Positions 43,762 to 51,944 of a stretch of 64,000 bases of DNA are shown one piece after another. The notes under the pieces are model-generated. The model had not been told where the DNA came from. It ran no database searches and saw nothing but the letters and a program-made list of their open reading frames with translations. Position numbers and translations under genes: made by a program. The DNA comes from an uncultured Eubacteriales bacterium (GTDB lineage: Bacteria > Bacillota > Clostridia > Oscillospirales > CAG-272). Each line of letters opens with the position of its first letter. The first letter of the stretch is position 1. The stretch covers positions 14,844-78,843 of the forward strand of contig CAUGPT010000004.1 in assembly GCA_959601495.1 (NCBI GenBank), read 5' to 3'.

Positions 43762-43920
43762 ATGAAGTACGAATGCACTGTCTGCGGATATGTTTATGAC
43801 GAAGATGAGGGCGATCCCGATAATGGTATCGAGCCGGGCACGGCGTGGGAAGATATACCCGACAGCTTCACCTGCCCCATCTGCGGCGTGGAAAAGGCTG
43901 ATTTCGAGCCGGTTGAGTGA
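43762..43920 (+). CDS. Rubredoxin
   Basis: 53 aa, [19 protein letters not shown]...[17 protein letters not shown]. Two CxxCG knuckles and the conserved aromatic core. Followed by a strong terminator. Confidence 0.9.
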   Translation: MKYECTVCGYVYDEDEGDPDNGIEPGTAWEDIPDSFTCPICGVEKADFEPVE

Positions 43921-43934
43921 CATATAAAATAAAG

Positions 43935-43963
43935 GGCTGACATATAGTCAGCCTTTTATTTTT
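43935..43963 (+). terminator. Intrinsic terminator after rubredoxin (end of the glycan locus)
   Basis: GGCTGAC-atata-GTCAGCC followed by TTTTATTTTT. Confidence 0.75.
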
Positions 43964-44137
43964 GCCGTACTTATCCTGCCGCGCGGCGGGCGTGTATTCA
44001 TAACGGCGGACAGATACCGTGCGCGGGCGCCTGCGGCGGCGCCCGTCGGCATCTGATCTATCGCGCGGCGCAGCGGCAGACACATATCAGAGAGCGGTCA
44101 GACGTCTACCGGGAGCGGTGCGTTTGCGCATTACGGG

Positions 44138-44171
44138 AAAAATACCCGTGCGGGGCATCCCGCACGGGTAT
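44138..44171 (-). terminator. Intrinsic terminator after the flotillin gene
   Basis: ATACCCGTGCGG-ggcatc-CCGCACGGGTAT (12-bp stem) followed on the minus strand by TTTT. Confidence 0.7.
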
Positions 44172-44180
44172 TTGCTGTAT

Positions 44181-45590
44181 TTATGCTTCGGCGTCCGCTG
44201 CGGCGTCTGCCTTTGCCGACGTGTCGGCGGTGTCTGTTTTCTTGCCGAGTATTTCGGGAAGCTGCATACCTGCCATGGAGAATACCTCTTCAAGAGGAGG
44301 GACGGATTTCATCATGCCCGAGAGAAAGTTCGCGGTGGCGTTCTTGCCGTCCGCACCCTGACCGTTATCCCAGACGGTGACCTTGTCGATCTTGATGTTC
44401 TTGATAGCGTCTACCTGAACCCTCATAAGATCTTCAAGCTTATCCGCAATCAGCAGCTTCAGCGCGGCTTCCGCGTCTCCGCCGGCGCTCTTGACTATCT
44501 CCGCAAAACCTGCGGCCTGCTTTTTCAGAATTTCCTCAGCGCCGCGCGCTTCGGCAGCCATCTTTGCGTATATTGCGTCCGCTTCACCCTGTGCCTTGCG
44601 GCGGGTCTGCTCTGCCTCTGCCTCGGCTTCAAGCTCCATCTGGCGCTTCTTTGCCTCGGTGCGCACGATTATGTCGGCTTCAAGCGTTGCCTGCTCCTTG
44701 GAGCGGCGGGCTTCCTCAGCCTCGCGCTCTGCGGCGTACGACTCCTCCAGCGCCTTTGCTGCCTGTATCTTTTCGGCGGCGGTGGATATGCGCATTGCCT
44801 CCGCTTCCTTTTCCTTAAGGGCAGCGTCGGACATAGCGACCTTCATTTTTGCTTCGTTTTCACCCTGGATAGCTACGGAGTCCGCCTCGGATACCTTGAT
44901 ACGCTGATCCATCTGGGCGTTTGCCTCACCGATAGAACCGTCGCGTTCCTTTTCGGCAACGCTGCGCTTTGCGTCGTTGATAGCTTTTGCTGCAGCCTCT
45001 TTACCGAGAGCCGCGATATATCCGGATTCGTCGCTTATATCCGTAACGTTTACGTTTATAAGCCTGAGACCTATCTTTTTAAGCTCGGTCTCAACGTTGT
45101 TGCTGACAGCCGCAAGGAATTTGTCGCGGTCGGTGTTGATCTCCTCAATATCCATTGTCGCAATGATAAGACGGAGCTGACCGAAGATAATATCCTTTGA
45201 AAGCTCCTGTATCTCGGAAAGCTTCAGCCCGAGAAGACGCTCTGCCGCGTTCTGCATAACTCCGGGCTCCGTGGAGATACCTACGGTAAAGCGGGAGGGA
45301 ACATCTATACGGATGTTCTGGCGGGACAGTGCGCTTTTCAGGTCGACCTGAATGGATATGGGGGTCAGATCGAGAAATTCGTAGGACTGGAACACGGGGA
45401 TAACGAACGAAGCGCCGCCGTGGATACATTTAGCGCTGCGCGCCGAGCCGTCCTTGTTTTTACCTACGGAACCGTAGATGACCATGATCTTGTCCGAGGG
45501 GCATTTTTTGTAGCGCGAGCATATCCACATGATAAACGAGAACGCCACAAGTGCCAGGACGCTGATGAGAATGATGGTTTGAGAAGACAT
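44181..45590 (-). CDS. Flotillin (SPFH/band-7 domain, FloT/YuaG-like)
   Basis: N-terminal TM, an SPFH domain, then a long Ala/Glu-rich coiled-coil flotillin region. AGGAGG RBS. Lies downstream of an NfeD-like gene. Confidence 0.85.
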   Translation of the reverse strand: MSSQTIILISVLALVAFSFIMWICSRYKKCPSDKIMVIYGSVGKNKDGSARSAKCIHGGASFVIPVFQSYEFLDLTPISIQVDLKSALSRQNIRIDVPSRFTVGISTEPGVMQNAAERLLGLKLSEIQELSKDIIFGQLRLIIATMDIEEINTDRDKFLAAVSNNVETELKKIGLRLINVNVTDISDESGYIAALGKEAAAKAINDAKRSVAEKERDGSIGEANAQMDQRIKVSEADSVAIQGENEAKMKVAMSDAALKEKEAEAMRISTAAEKIQAAKALEESYAAEREAEEARRSKEQATLEADIIVRTEAKKRQMELEAEAEAEQTRRKAQGEADAIYAKMAAEARGAEEILKKQAAGFAEIVKSAGGDAEAALKLLIADKLEDLMRVQVDAIKNIKIDKVTVWDNGQGADGKNATANFLSGMMKSVPPLEEVFSMAGMQLPEILGKKTDTADTSAKADAAADAEA

Positions 45591-45622
45591 TTGTTTTCCT
45601 CCTGTAAAAATGTATGTCTAAG

Positions 45623-46420
45623 CTACTTTTTCTTAATGATAAGTGTATCTTTTGAGCTTATGCCGATGACGATGACCTCGCAGCCGGTAGAGAGCGGAGC
45701 GTCGGAATCGGTGACGGCGTCAAACTCCGAGTATGTGCCCTGAACGGTCACATTTACTTTTCCGCGGCCGCTGCGGTTTGCGGGGACGGTAAGATATACC
45801 GTGCCGCTTTGTCCCAGCGCGTTGCGGATGTCTATGGTGCCGTCACTTTGCAGCCGCATTGCGGCGCGGATGAGAAACGCTATGAGAAGCATTACGGCAA
45901 AGCCCGAGACAAATGCGACGGAGAGGGATATAATGTGGTCAAGTCCCGCCGCGTCAAGCACAACGCCTACCCAGCCGAACACCGCGAAGAAGGATATGAC
46001 CGTGCGGAATGTGAATATTCGCAGCCCGTACGAGCCTGTGGGATCGTGATCTCCTCCCGCTTCGTTTCCTCCGTATATGCCGTCGCCGTGAACGTCGCCG
46101 ATGTCGTGATCAAACCCGCAGTCGTGACCGCCGATGTCGTGGTCGAATTCCACGTCATGACCGCCGATATCGTGATCGAATCCCACGTCGTGACCGCCTA
46201 TGTCGTGATCGAATCCCACGTCATGACCGCTGATATCGTGGTCAAAGCCGCAGTCATGGTCTCCGATGTCGTGATCTCCGCCGACGTCGCTGTCTCCGCC
46301 GTGATCGCCCATGCCGATAAACGACAGTATCGTCTGTATCAGCAGAATGATCGTTGCGGGAACGGCAATGCAGCACAGGACCTGTGAAAACAGGCTCATA
46401 GAGTCCCACCAGTTTGCCAA
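45623..46420 (-). CDS. NfeD-like membrane protein with a His/Asp-rich 11-aa tandem repeat
   Basis: TM helices plus a C-terminal OB-fold-like segment (GRGKVNVTVQGTYSEFDAVT...EVIVIGI), as in NfeD/YuaF partners of flotillins. TTG 46420 is 8 nt after GGAGG, whereas GTG 46429 overlaps the RBS. Confidence 0.65.
   Translation of the reverse strand: MANWWDSMSLFSQVLCCIAVPATIILLIQTILSFIGMGDHGGDSDVGGDHDIGDHDCGFDHDISGHDVGFDHDIGGHDVGFDHDIGGHDVEFDHDIGGHDCGFDHDIGDVHGDGIYGGNEAGGDHDPTGSYGLRIFTFRTVISFFAVFGWVGVVLDAAGLDHIISLSVAFVSGFAVMLLIAFLIRAAMRLQSDGTIDIRNALGQSGTVYLTVPANRSGRGKVNVTVQGTYSEFDAVTDSDAPLSTGCEVIVIGISSKDTLIIKKK
46101..46280 (-). repeat. 33-bp in-frame tandem repeat (5 full copies plus a partial one) inside the NfeD-like gene
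   Basis: Plus-strand units start at 46101, 46134, 46167, 46200, 46233 and 46266. Encodes DHDI(G/S)GHD(V/C)(G/E)F. Confidence 0.9.
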
Positions 46421-46599
46421 TTGTAACACCTCCGATAGTATTATCAGTTCAGTCGAAAATTATAGATTTGTGAAAGTACGAGCCGCGGCGCAAGACTAAG
46501 CGTCTGCGGAAAAAACCTGAAGACAAGCGCCCGAGCGCGGGGTTATTGTACCGGCGAAAGGCTTGTGCAAAGGAAAGCGCCGCGCGGCCGTCACACCCT

Positions 46600-47169
46600 T
46601 TATATATCAAGCGCCGAGGCAAGCTCAAGCGCGCGCCGCCGCGCTTCCGACGCCATGTGCGCGTATGCCATGACCCGAAAAACTTCGTACAGCCGCTTTG
46701 CGTCGCCGCTTGTCTGCACTCCTGCTTCACCGAAGCCTGTGCAGCCCTCGGCTGCCGCTTTGTCTACCGCGGAAGCGTCAAGGCTTTCGCAGCTTTCAAG
46801 AGTCGCCGCGGTGTCTACGTATCTGTGATAAAGCTCGTCGTCCGGTATAAGATCGTCGCTTTCGTCGCTGAGAGAGCCGTTTATATAAGAGAGCAGGGCG
46901 GTTATGTGCTCTATCTGCAGTGTCTGCCGCAGCATATTTATGATAACTATACGCGCAAACTGCCTTGCAGAATACACCCTGCGCTGCGGAGGGGAGACAA
47001 ATCCGCGCTTCACCCAGTTCTGTATGACGTACGGCTCAAGACCCGTCATGGATGACACCTGCGAAAGTGCGATGCCGCCGCCGGCAAATATGCCCGCAAA
47101 CAGCGTGCGCGACGCTCCGACTTCGAGCTTTGATGTTTCAATTACCGTGCCCGGAAAGCATGCCGACAT
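46600..47169 (-). CDS. DUF1836-like putative DNA-binding protein
   Basis: The segment LSQVSSMTGLEPYVIQNWVKRGFVSPPQRRVYSARQFARIVIINMLRQTLQIEHI resembles the MerR-like HTH core of DUF1836 proteins. AAGGAGG RBS. Assignment is from memory. Confidence 0.5.
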   Translation of the reverse strand: MSACFPGTVIETSKLEVGASRTLFAGIFAGGGIALSQVSSMTGLEPYVIQNWVKRGFVSPPQRRVYSARQFARIVIINMLRQTLQIEHITALLSYINGSLSDESDDLIPDDELYHRYVDTAATLESCESLDASAVDKAAAEGCTGFGEAGVQTSGDAKRLYEVFRVMAYAHMASEARRRALELASALDI

Positions 47170-47196
47170 ATTGCACCTCCTTTATGAGTTTACTTG

Positions 47197-47225
47197 ATTG
47201 TATCACATGGTCACGTGATTGTCAA
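47197..47225 (-). promoter_or_regulatory. Sigma-A-type promoter of the DUF1836-like gene with an inverted repeat filling the spacer
   Basis: On the minus strand: TTGACA (47225-47220), 17-nt spacer, TACAAT (47202-47197). The spacer holds ATCACGTG-ac-CATGTGAT (47219-47202), an 8-2-8 inverted repeat with one mismatch. Confidence 0.55.
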
Positions 47226-47284
47226 GAGGGGCGGCAAATATTTTTCAAATTTTGTTCGGTAAATTTATCCTTGCGGGGCGAATA

Positions 47285-47323
47285 TGAAAAAACCGCATTT
47301 TTGCAAAGGCAAAAACGCGGTTT
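47285..47323 (-). terminator. Intrinsic terminator after the Nif3-like gene
   Basis: Minus strand AAACCGCGTTTTTGC-cttt-GCAAAAATGCGGTTT (one mismatch) followed by TTTTCAT. Confidence 0.65.
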
Positions 47324-47338
47324 CGATGCTTTTTAAAA

Positions 47339-48100
47339 TCAGAAATACTGTTCCATGATCTTCGTATAGATCTCTGTCTCGGCTCCCGCTATCTGCGAGG
47401 CGAGTCTTGCGAGCTGGCGGCAGACGGGGAACTCCGTATAGTAGTGTCCCGCGCAGAAAACGTTGATGCCCGCTTCGGCAGCGTCGATGCCGTCGTTATA
47501 TCCGGCTTCTCCCGTCACCAAAGTGTCTGCGCCGCGTGCTTTGGCGGCGCTTATAAAATCGTCGCCGCGCCCGCCTACGACTGCTATCTTTCGAACGGGA
47601 CGGCAGATATAAGCGGTGACCGTCGGCGCGCCGAGGCTCTTCTTTATATGCTCGGCAAAATCTTTTGCGTCATGTATGTCACTTTCTCCCATTCGCCCGA
47701 GTTCAGGCTCCTCGTCCGTGCCGAATACGCGCACATCGGAAAGCCCGAGCGCTTCCGCAAGCGCGTCGTTGACGCCGCCGGCGCCCGCGTCCATGCGGGT
47801 GTGCATGGAGATGACTGAAAGACCGTTTTTTACAGCGTATATGACCCGATCGGAGCAGAAATCTCCTTCGGCAACGCTTCTGAGCGGGCGAAATATCATG
47901 GGATGATGGGCGAGCACCGTGTCAAAGCCGTTCTGTGCCGCATAGTGCAGCACATCGGCTGTGGCGTCAAGTGCGCACAAAACGCGCTTTACCTGTGCGC
48001 CCCGGTCGGCGCAGCACATAAGCCCGTCGTTATCCCACTCGCAGCGCAGACTGTCGGGATAAAGCTCTCTGAGGTTGTTCCAAAAGCTTTCTATGTTCAT
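47339..48100 (-). CDS. Nif3-like dinuclear metal centre protein (YqfO family)
   Basis: Contains the VLAHHP and GHYYTE motifs. Lies downstream of trmK, as in the B. subtilis yqfN-yqfO pair. AAGGAG RBS before ATG 48100. Confidence 0.8.
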   Translation of the reverse strand: MNIESFWNNLRELYPDSLRCEWDNDGLMCCADRGAQVKRVLCALDATADVLHYAAQNGFDTVLAHHPMIFRPLRSVAEGDFCSDRVIYAVKNGLSVISMHTRMDAGAGGVNDALAEALGLSDVRVFGTDEEPELGRMGESDIHDAKDFAEHIKKSLGAPTVTAYICRPVRKIAVVGGRGDDFISAAKARGADTLVTGEAGYNDGIDAAEAGINVFCAGHYYTEFPVCRQLARLASQIAGAETEIYTKIMEQYF

Positions 48101-48207
48101 GCTTTTCTCCTTTTCGGTGCTTTGCGTCCGCTTATGGCGGCACGCGGCAAAGTCGCTGTCATGTGCGAAGTATCCTGTCAAACGGCTTGCGCCGCAGGCG
48201 TATTCAT

Positions 48208-48936
48208 TTATTCCTGTGCTGTGCCGATCGCGCCGCGCTGTATTTCATAAAGCTCGCGCAGCATCTGCTCGTCCGCATCGCAAGACTCGCCTCCGCGCCG
48301 CTTACCCGCCATTGCTTTTTCCAAACGGCGTATTTCCTTATCAACAAGCGCGCCGTAAAGGGGGGAGCGGCGTATAGCTTCGCCCTCGGTGCCGACTGTT
48401 GCCTCCGCCGCGGAGATTTCATAAGGCTTTTTGCAAAAACGGCACACAATGCACTGGTAAAGCTTTCCCGCGGCCTGCGCCGTGCCTCCGTCAGTTATTT
48501 CAAACCCGTTTTTTGCGAGATACTGTCTCAGCTCCGCAACGGCGGACATGGGCTGAAGTATAAGGCGGGGGCTGTGCCCGCTTTCCGCGTTTTTCAGCCT
48601 GGGATCGTCGATAATTCGCGCAATAAGCTCGCCGCCCATGCCGCATATTACAATATCGGTAACGTCCGTGAGCGGCACGCCGCAAAGACCGTCGGTGAGA
48701 TAGAAGTCGATGCTGTCGCCGAGAGAGTATGCCTCGGCGTTTATTCGCGCCCTTTCAAGCGGACCTTCGTTTATATCGGTGGCTGCGGCACTGCGTACTT
48801 TTCCGCTTTTCAGAAGATATATGGGCAGATATGCGTGATCCGTTCCCACATCAACAACGCGGCTGCCTTTTACAAATGAGGCTGCCAGCGCAAGGCGTGC
48901 GTCAAGCGGGGGGAGCTTTTGTATATTTGTGTTCAT
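48208..48936 (-). CDS. trmK: tRNA (adenine22-N1)-methyltransferase TrmK
   Basis: VVDVGTDHAYLPIYLL and ATDINEGPL motifs of the TrmK/YqfN class I methyltransferases. Confidence 0.8.
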   Translation of the reverse strand: MNTNIQKLPPLDARLALAASFVKGSRVVDVGTDHAYLPIYLLKSGKVRSAAATDINEGPLERARINAEAYSLGDSIDFYLTDGLCGVPLTDVTDIVICGMGGELIARIIDDPRLKNAESGHSPRLILQPMSAVAELRQYLAKNGFEITDGGTAQAAGKLYQCIVCRFCKKPYEISAAEATVGTEGEAIRRSPLYGALVDKEIRRLEKAMAGKRRGGESCDADEQMLRELYEIQRGAIGTAQE

Positions 48937-48997
48937 GTTTTTTATTCAAGATAAAGAATTGCCGCCGCATATGCGGCGGCAATTCTTGTCGGCATTC

Positions 48998-49207
48998 TTA
49001 TTTTCCCGCTTTTTCCGCGAGAAAAGCGTTGATCTTTTCGCAAAGCTCGTCGGCGTCGGTCCCGTGGACCTCGCAGGCATCCTCAATGCTTTCGCCTCTG
49101 GAGTGGGGGCAGCCCAGGCAGTGCATTCCTATCTCAAAGAAGAACTGCGCGGTTTCAATATCGTAGTCAAGTATATCGCCGATAACGGTTTCTCTTGTAA
49201 CTTCCAT
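48998..49207 (-). CDS. DUF1858 domain protein (hybrid-cluster-protein-associated redox disulfide type)
   Basis: 69 aa with GMHCLGCPHSRGESIEDAC, the typical DUF1858 core. 17 nt downstream of murA. Confidence 0.7.
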   Translation of the reverse strand: MEVTRETVIGDILDYDIETAQFFFEIGMHCLGCPHSRGESIEDACEVHGTDADELCEKINAFLAEKAGK

Positions 49208-49224
49208 GTTTTTGTACCTCTCTT

Positions 49225-50523
49225 TTAGTTTGCTTTTTTTATTATCACGTCCTCGGGGTCGGGGACGGTGATTTTCTTGATATCGGCGCCCAGGGAGCGA
49301 AGCTTGCCTACGATGTCGTCGTATCCGCGCTCTATGAGCTGTATGTCGGCAATTTCGGTCGTGCCCTCAGCGATAAGACCTGCTATTACCATAGAAACGC
49401 CGCCGCGAAGGTCCGTTGCAAGGACCTCTGCGCCGTGCAGGGGTCTGCCGCCCTCGATAACAGCCGTTCTGCCGTCTACCTTTATAACGGCGCCCATTTT
49501 TGTCAGCTCCTCAACGTATCTGAAGCGCTTTTCGTAAACGCCCTCGGAAACGTAGCTGACGCCTCCCGCACGGCAAAGCAGCACTGCCATCTGAGGCTGC
49601 ATATCCGTGGGAAAACCGGGGTAGGGATGTGTCTTTATATTTGCTTTGCGTATCTGCTCGCGGCCCGTTACTATAACGGCGTCGTCGAATTCGTCAACGA
49701 CCGCGCCCGTCTCCTCAAGCTTTGCGGAGATTGATTCAAGGTGTTTGGGGATAACGTTTGTAAGCTTTACGCAGCCGCCCGTCGCGGCAGCAGCAACCAT
49801 GTAGGTGCCAGCCTCTATCATATCGGGGATGATAGCGTACGTACAGCCGTGCAGACGGTTAACGCCCTTTATCTTTATAACGTCCGTGCCCGCGCCGCTT
49901 ATCTTCGCGCCGCAGGTATTGAGAAAGTTCGCAAGGTCAACTATGTGCGGCTCTCTTGCCGCGTTTTCGATAACAGTAACGCCGTCTGCAAGGACTGCGG
50001 CGAGCATGACGTTTATGGTAGCGCCGACGGTCACAACGTCAAAGAAGATGCTTGCGCCGACGGGACCGCCCTCGGAGTTTATCTCTATGCTGCCCGTGCT
50101 GTCGCTCGTGACCGTGCCGCCGAGACATTCAAAGCCCTTGACGTGCTGGTCTATGGGTCTGCCGCCGAAATCGCAGCCGCCGGGATACGCCACTTTCGCG
50201 TTACCGAAACGACCGAACTCGGAGCCGAGCAGATAATACGAGCCGCGTATCTTGCGGGCAAGATCGGGGCGTGCGGAGCCCTGGCGAATATCGGTGCAGT
50301 CTATTTCAACGGTGTTTCTGCCGAGAGTTTTGATGTGGGCGCCCATGTTGCGGAGGATATCAAGGGAAAGGGAAACGTCGCGGACATTGGGCACGTTTTC
50401 GATAACGCACTTGTCCTCAACCATGACGCAGGCATAAATTATGGGCATAGCGGCGTTTTTCATACCGCTTATCTCCACGCTGCCGCGCAGTGGCGTACCT
50501 CCGTTTATGATTATTTTATCCAT
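49225..50523 (-). CDS. murA: UDP-N-acetylglucosamine 1-carboxyvinyltransferase
   Basis: MDKIIINGGTPLRGSVEISGMKNAA N-terminus and full-length MurA similarity (PGGCDFGGRPIDQH). ATG 50523 follows GAAAGGA; the longest ORF starts at 50667. Confidence 0.9.
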   Translation of the reverse strand: MDKIIINGGTPLRGSVEISGMKNAAMPIIYACVMVEDKCVIENVPNVRDVSLSLDILRNMGAHIKTLGRNTVEIDCTDIRQGSARPDLARKIRGSYYLLGSEFGRFGNAKVAYPGGCDFGGRPIDQHVKGFECLGGTVTSDSTGSIEINSEGGPVGASIFFDVVTVGATINVMLAAVLADGVTVIENAAREPHIVDLANFLNTCGAKISGAGTDVIKIKGVNRLHGCTYAIIPDMIEAGTYMVAAAATGGCVKLTNVIPKHLESISAKLEETGAVVDEFDDAVIVTGREQIRKANIKTHPYPGFPTDMQPQMAVLLCRAGGVSYVSEGVYEKRFRYVEELTKMGAVIKVDGRTAVIEGGRPLHGAEVLATDLRGGVSMVIAGLIAEGTTEIADIQLIERGYDDIVGKLRSLGADIKKITVPDPEDVIIKKAN

Positions 50524-50842
50524 ATGATAATAGTTCCTTTCATGCGGACGAATCCGTAAATAGGCAGCTTGCGCTTCTGCCTTGCCGCGGGGCGGCATAT
50601 ACAATATATAGAGCCGCAAGTGCGGCATACAGGCAAATTTATGTGAGTACATTCGTACACATTCCACACTATTATAACAGATTGGTTCATAAAAAGGAAG
50701 TATTTTTTCCTCTTTTTTATATTATTCGCGTATTGTTGTGCAAAATGTATTATAGTCTTAGTAACGAATTGTATAAATTATGTAAAACAGTCCTGTATTT
50801 ATATACTACAGTATATATTGTATTCCCGCAGGGGCGGGAGTG

Positions 50843-51925
50843 TCAGTCCATGTAGTAAGAAACCGCCAGATTTACCACCATATCGTAGCTGACGACGCCC
50901 GCGGTGCCCTGACTTTCAAGATAGGAATTATTGAGCGAGTCGGAAATATCCGCGGCTTTGTTCTCTCTGTATTTGTCGAAAAAGCTGCTGTATGAGCGCA
51001 TTTCTCCGCGGGCTGCGGCGCAAAGGGTCGAGTACGCGTTGAAATACATTTCGGGCGAGGCTTTGTAAAGCGCGCCCGCCAGATACTCGTACATATTAAG
51101 AGCGCCGCAGTAGCGCACATACGCGTTGTCGGAAGCTCTGCACACGAGAAAAGCCGCAAAGTTTGCTTCGTCCTCGCGGGAGATGCCGCGCTGGTGCGCC
51201 ATTTCGTGGGCGGCGGTATAAACGGTCACATAGTCGGGATAGTTTGTGTTGATGTTCGCGTCTCCCGTGAAAAATCCGTATATGCCCGAAAGATGAGTGT
51301 ATGTCATGTATTTGCTTATGACAAGAGGCTTTGCGTACGTGTCATAGCGGTCTATAAAGTCGTACTCGCCGCATACGGTGTCATATGAGCGGCAGAGGAT
51401 ATCTGACATTTCACGAAATCCGAAGGGCATTTTCGTTGAGCCGTCAGCGGGAAAATTGACGTCTTTTGCCGCTTCGTTTACTTCTTCTCCGATCAAAAGC
51501 GCTGTTTTGTAAAGCTCCTCGACGCTTACGTCCCGCTCGGAAAGCGACATTTTCGACGCCATTGACGTGCCGCGGTATCCCGGCGCGAAATCAACGGCGA
51601 ACAGAGTATATACAAGCGCTGCTGTGGCAAGCACGCAGGATACGCATCTTATTGCGTGCCTCCCGCCGCGAGAGACGCTTTTTGCAACTATCATGCAAAG
51701 CCCGAACAAAAGAACGGGAGAGGCAAACAGCATAAATTCCATAACGGAAAAAGGGAAAATGCCGCTTATTTTCGCAAGCGCAAAGCGAACCGCGCGTCCG
51801 ACGCTTACGTTGAATGCGTCGGCAAAAGCGGCGCTTTTATAGAAAATGATATGACATATGCCCGCCGCGGCGAAAAGCGCAAACGATACAACGGCATACA
51901 GCGGCACGGGGCGCAGCTTTTTCAT
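50843..51925 (-). CDS. DUF3810-like membrane zinc-metallopeptidase-fold protein
   Basis: N-terminal TM helices and the motif TYTHLSGIYGFFTGDANIN...AAHEMAHQRG..EDEANFAAFLVC (HExxH). Confidence 0.65.
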   Translation of the reverse strand: MKKLRPVPLYAVVSFALFAAAGICHIIFYKSAAFADAFNVSVGRAVRFALAKISGIFPFSVMEFMLFASPVLLFGLCMIVAKSVSRGGRHAIRCVSCVLATAALVYTLFAVDFAPGYRGTSMASKMSLSERDVSVEELYKTALLIGEEVNEAAKDVNFPADGSTKMPFGFREMSDILCRSYDTVCGEYDFIDRYDTYAKPLVISKYMTYTHLSGIYGFFTGDANINTNYPDYVTVYTAAHEMAHQRGISREDEANFAAFLVCRASDNAYVRYCGALNMYEYLAGALYKASPEMYFNAYSTLCAAARGEMRSYSSFFDKYRENKAADISDSLNNSYLESQGTAGVVSYDMVVNLAVSYYMD

Positions 51926-51944
51926 GTGTCTTTTCCTTTCCTTT

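Noticed and set aside
30938-43963. Considered the AT-richer surface/glycan island as a prophage, ICE or transposon insertion.
   Set aside because: No integrase, recombinase, transposase, tRNA target, phage structural gene or flanking direct/inverted repeat is visible. The content is purely surface-structure biosynthesis.
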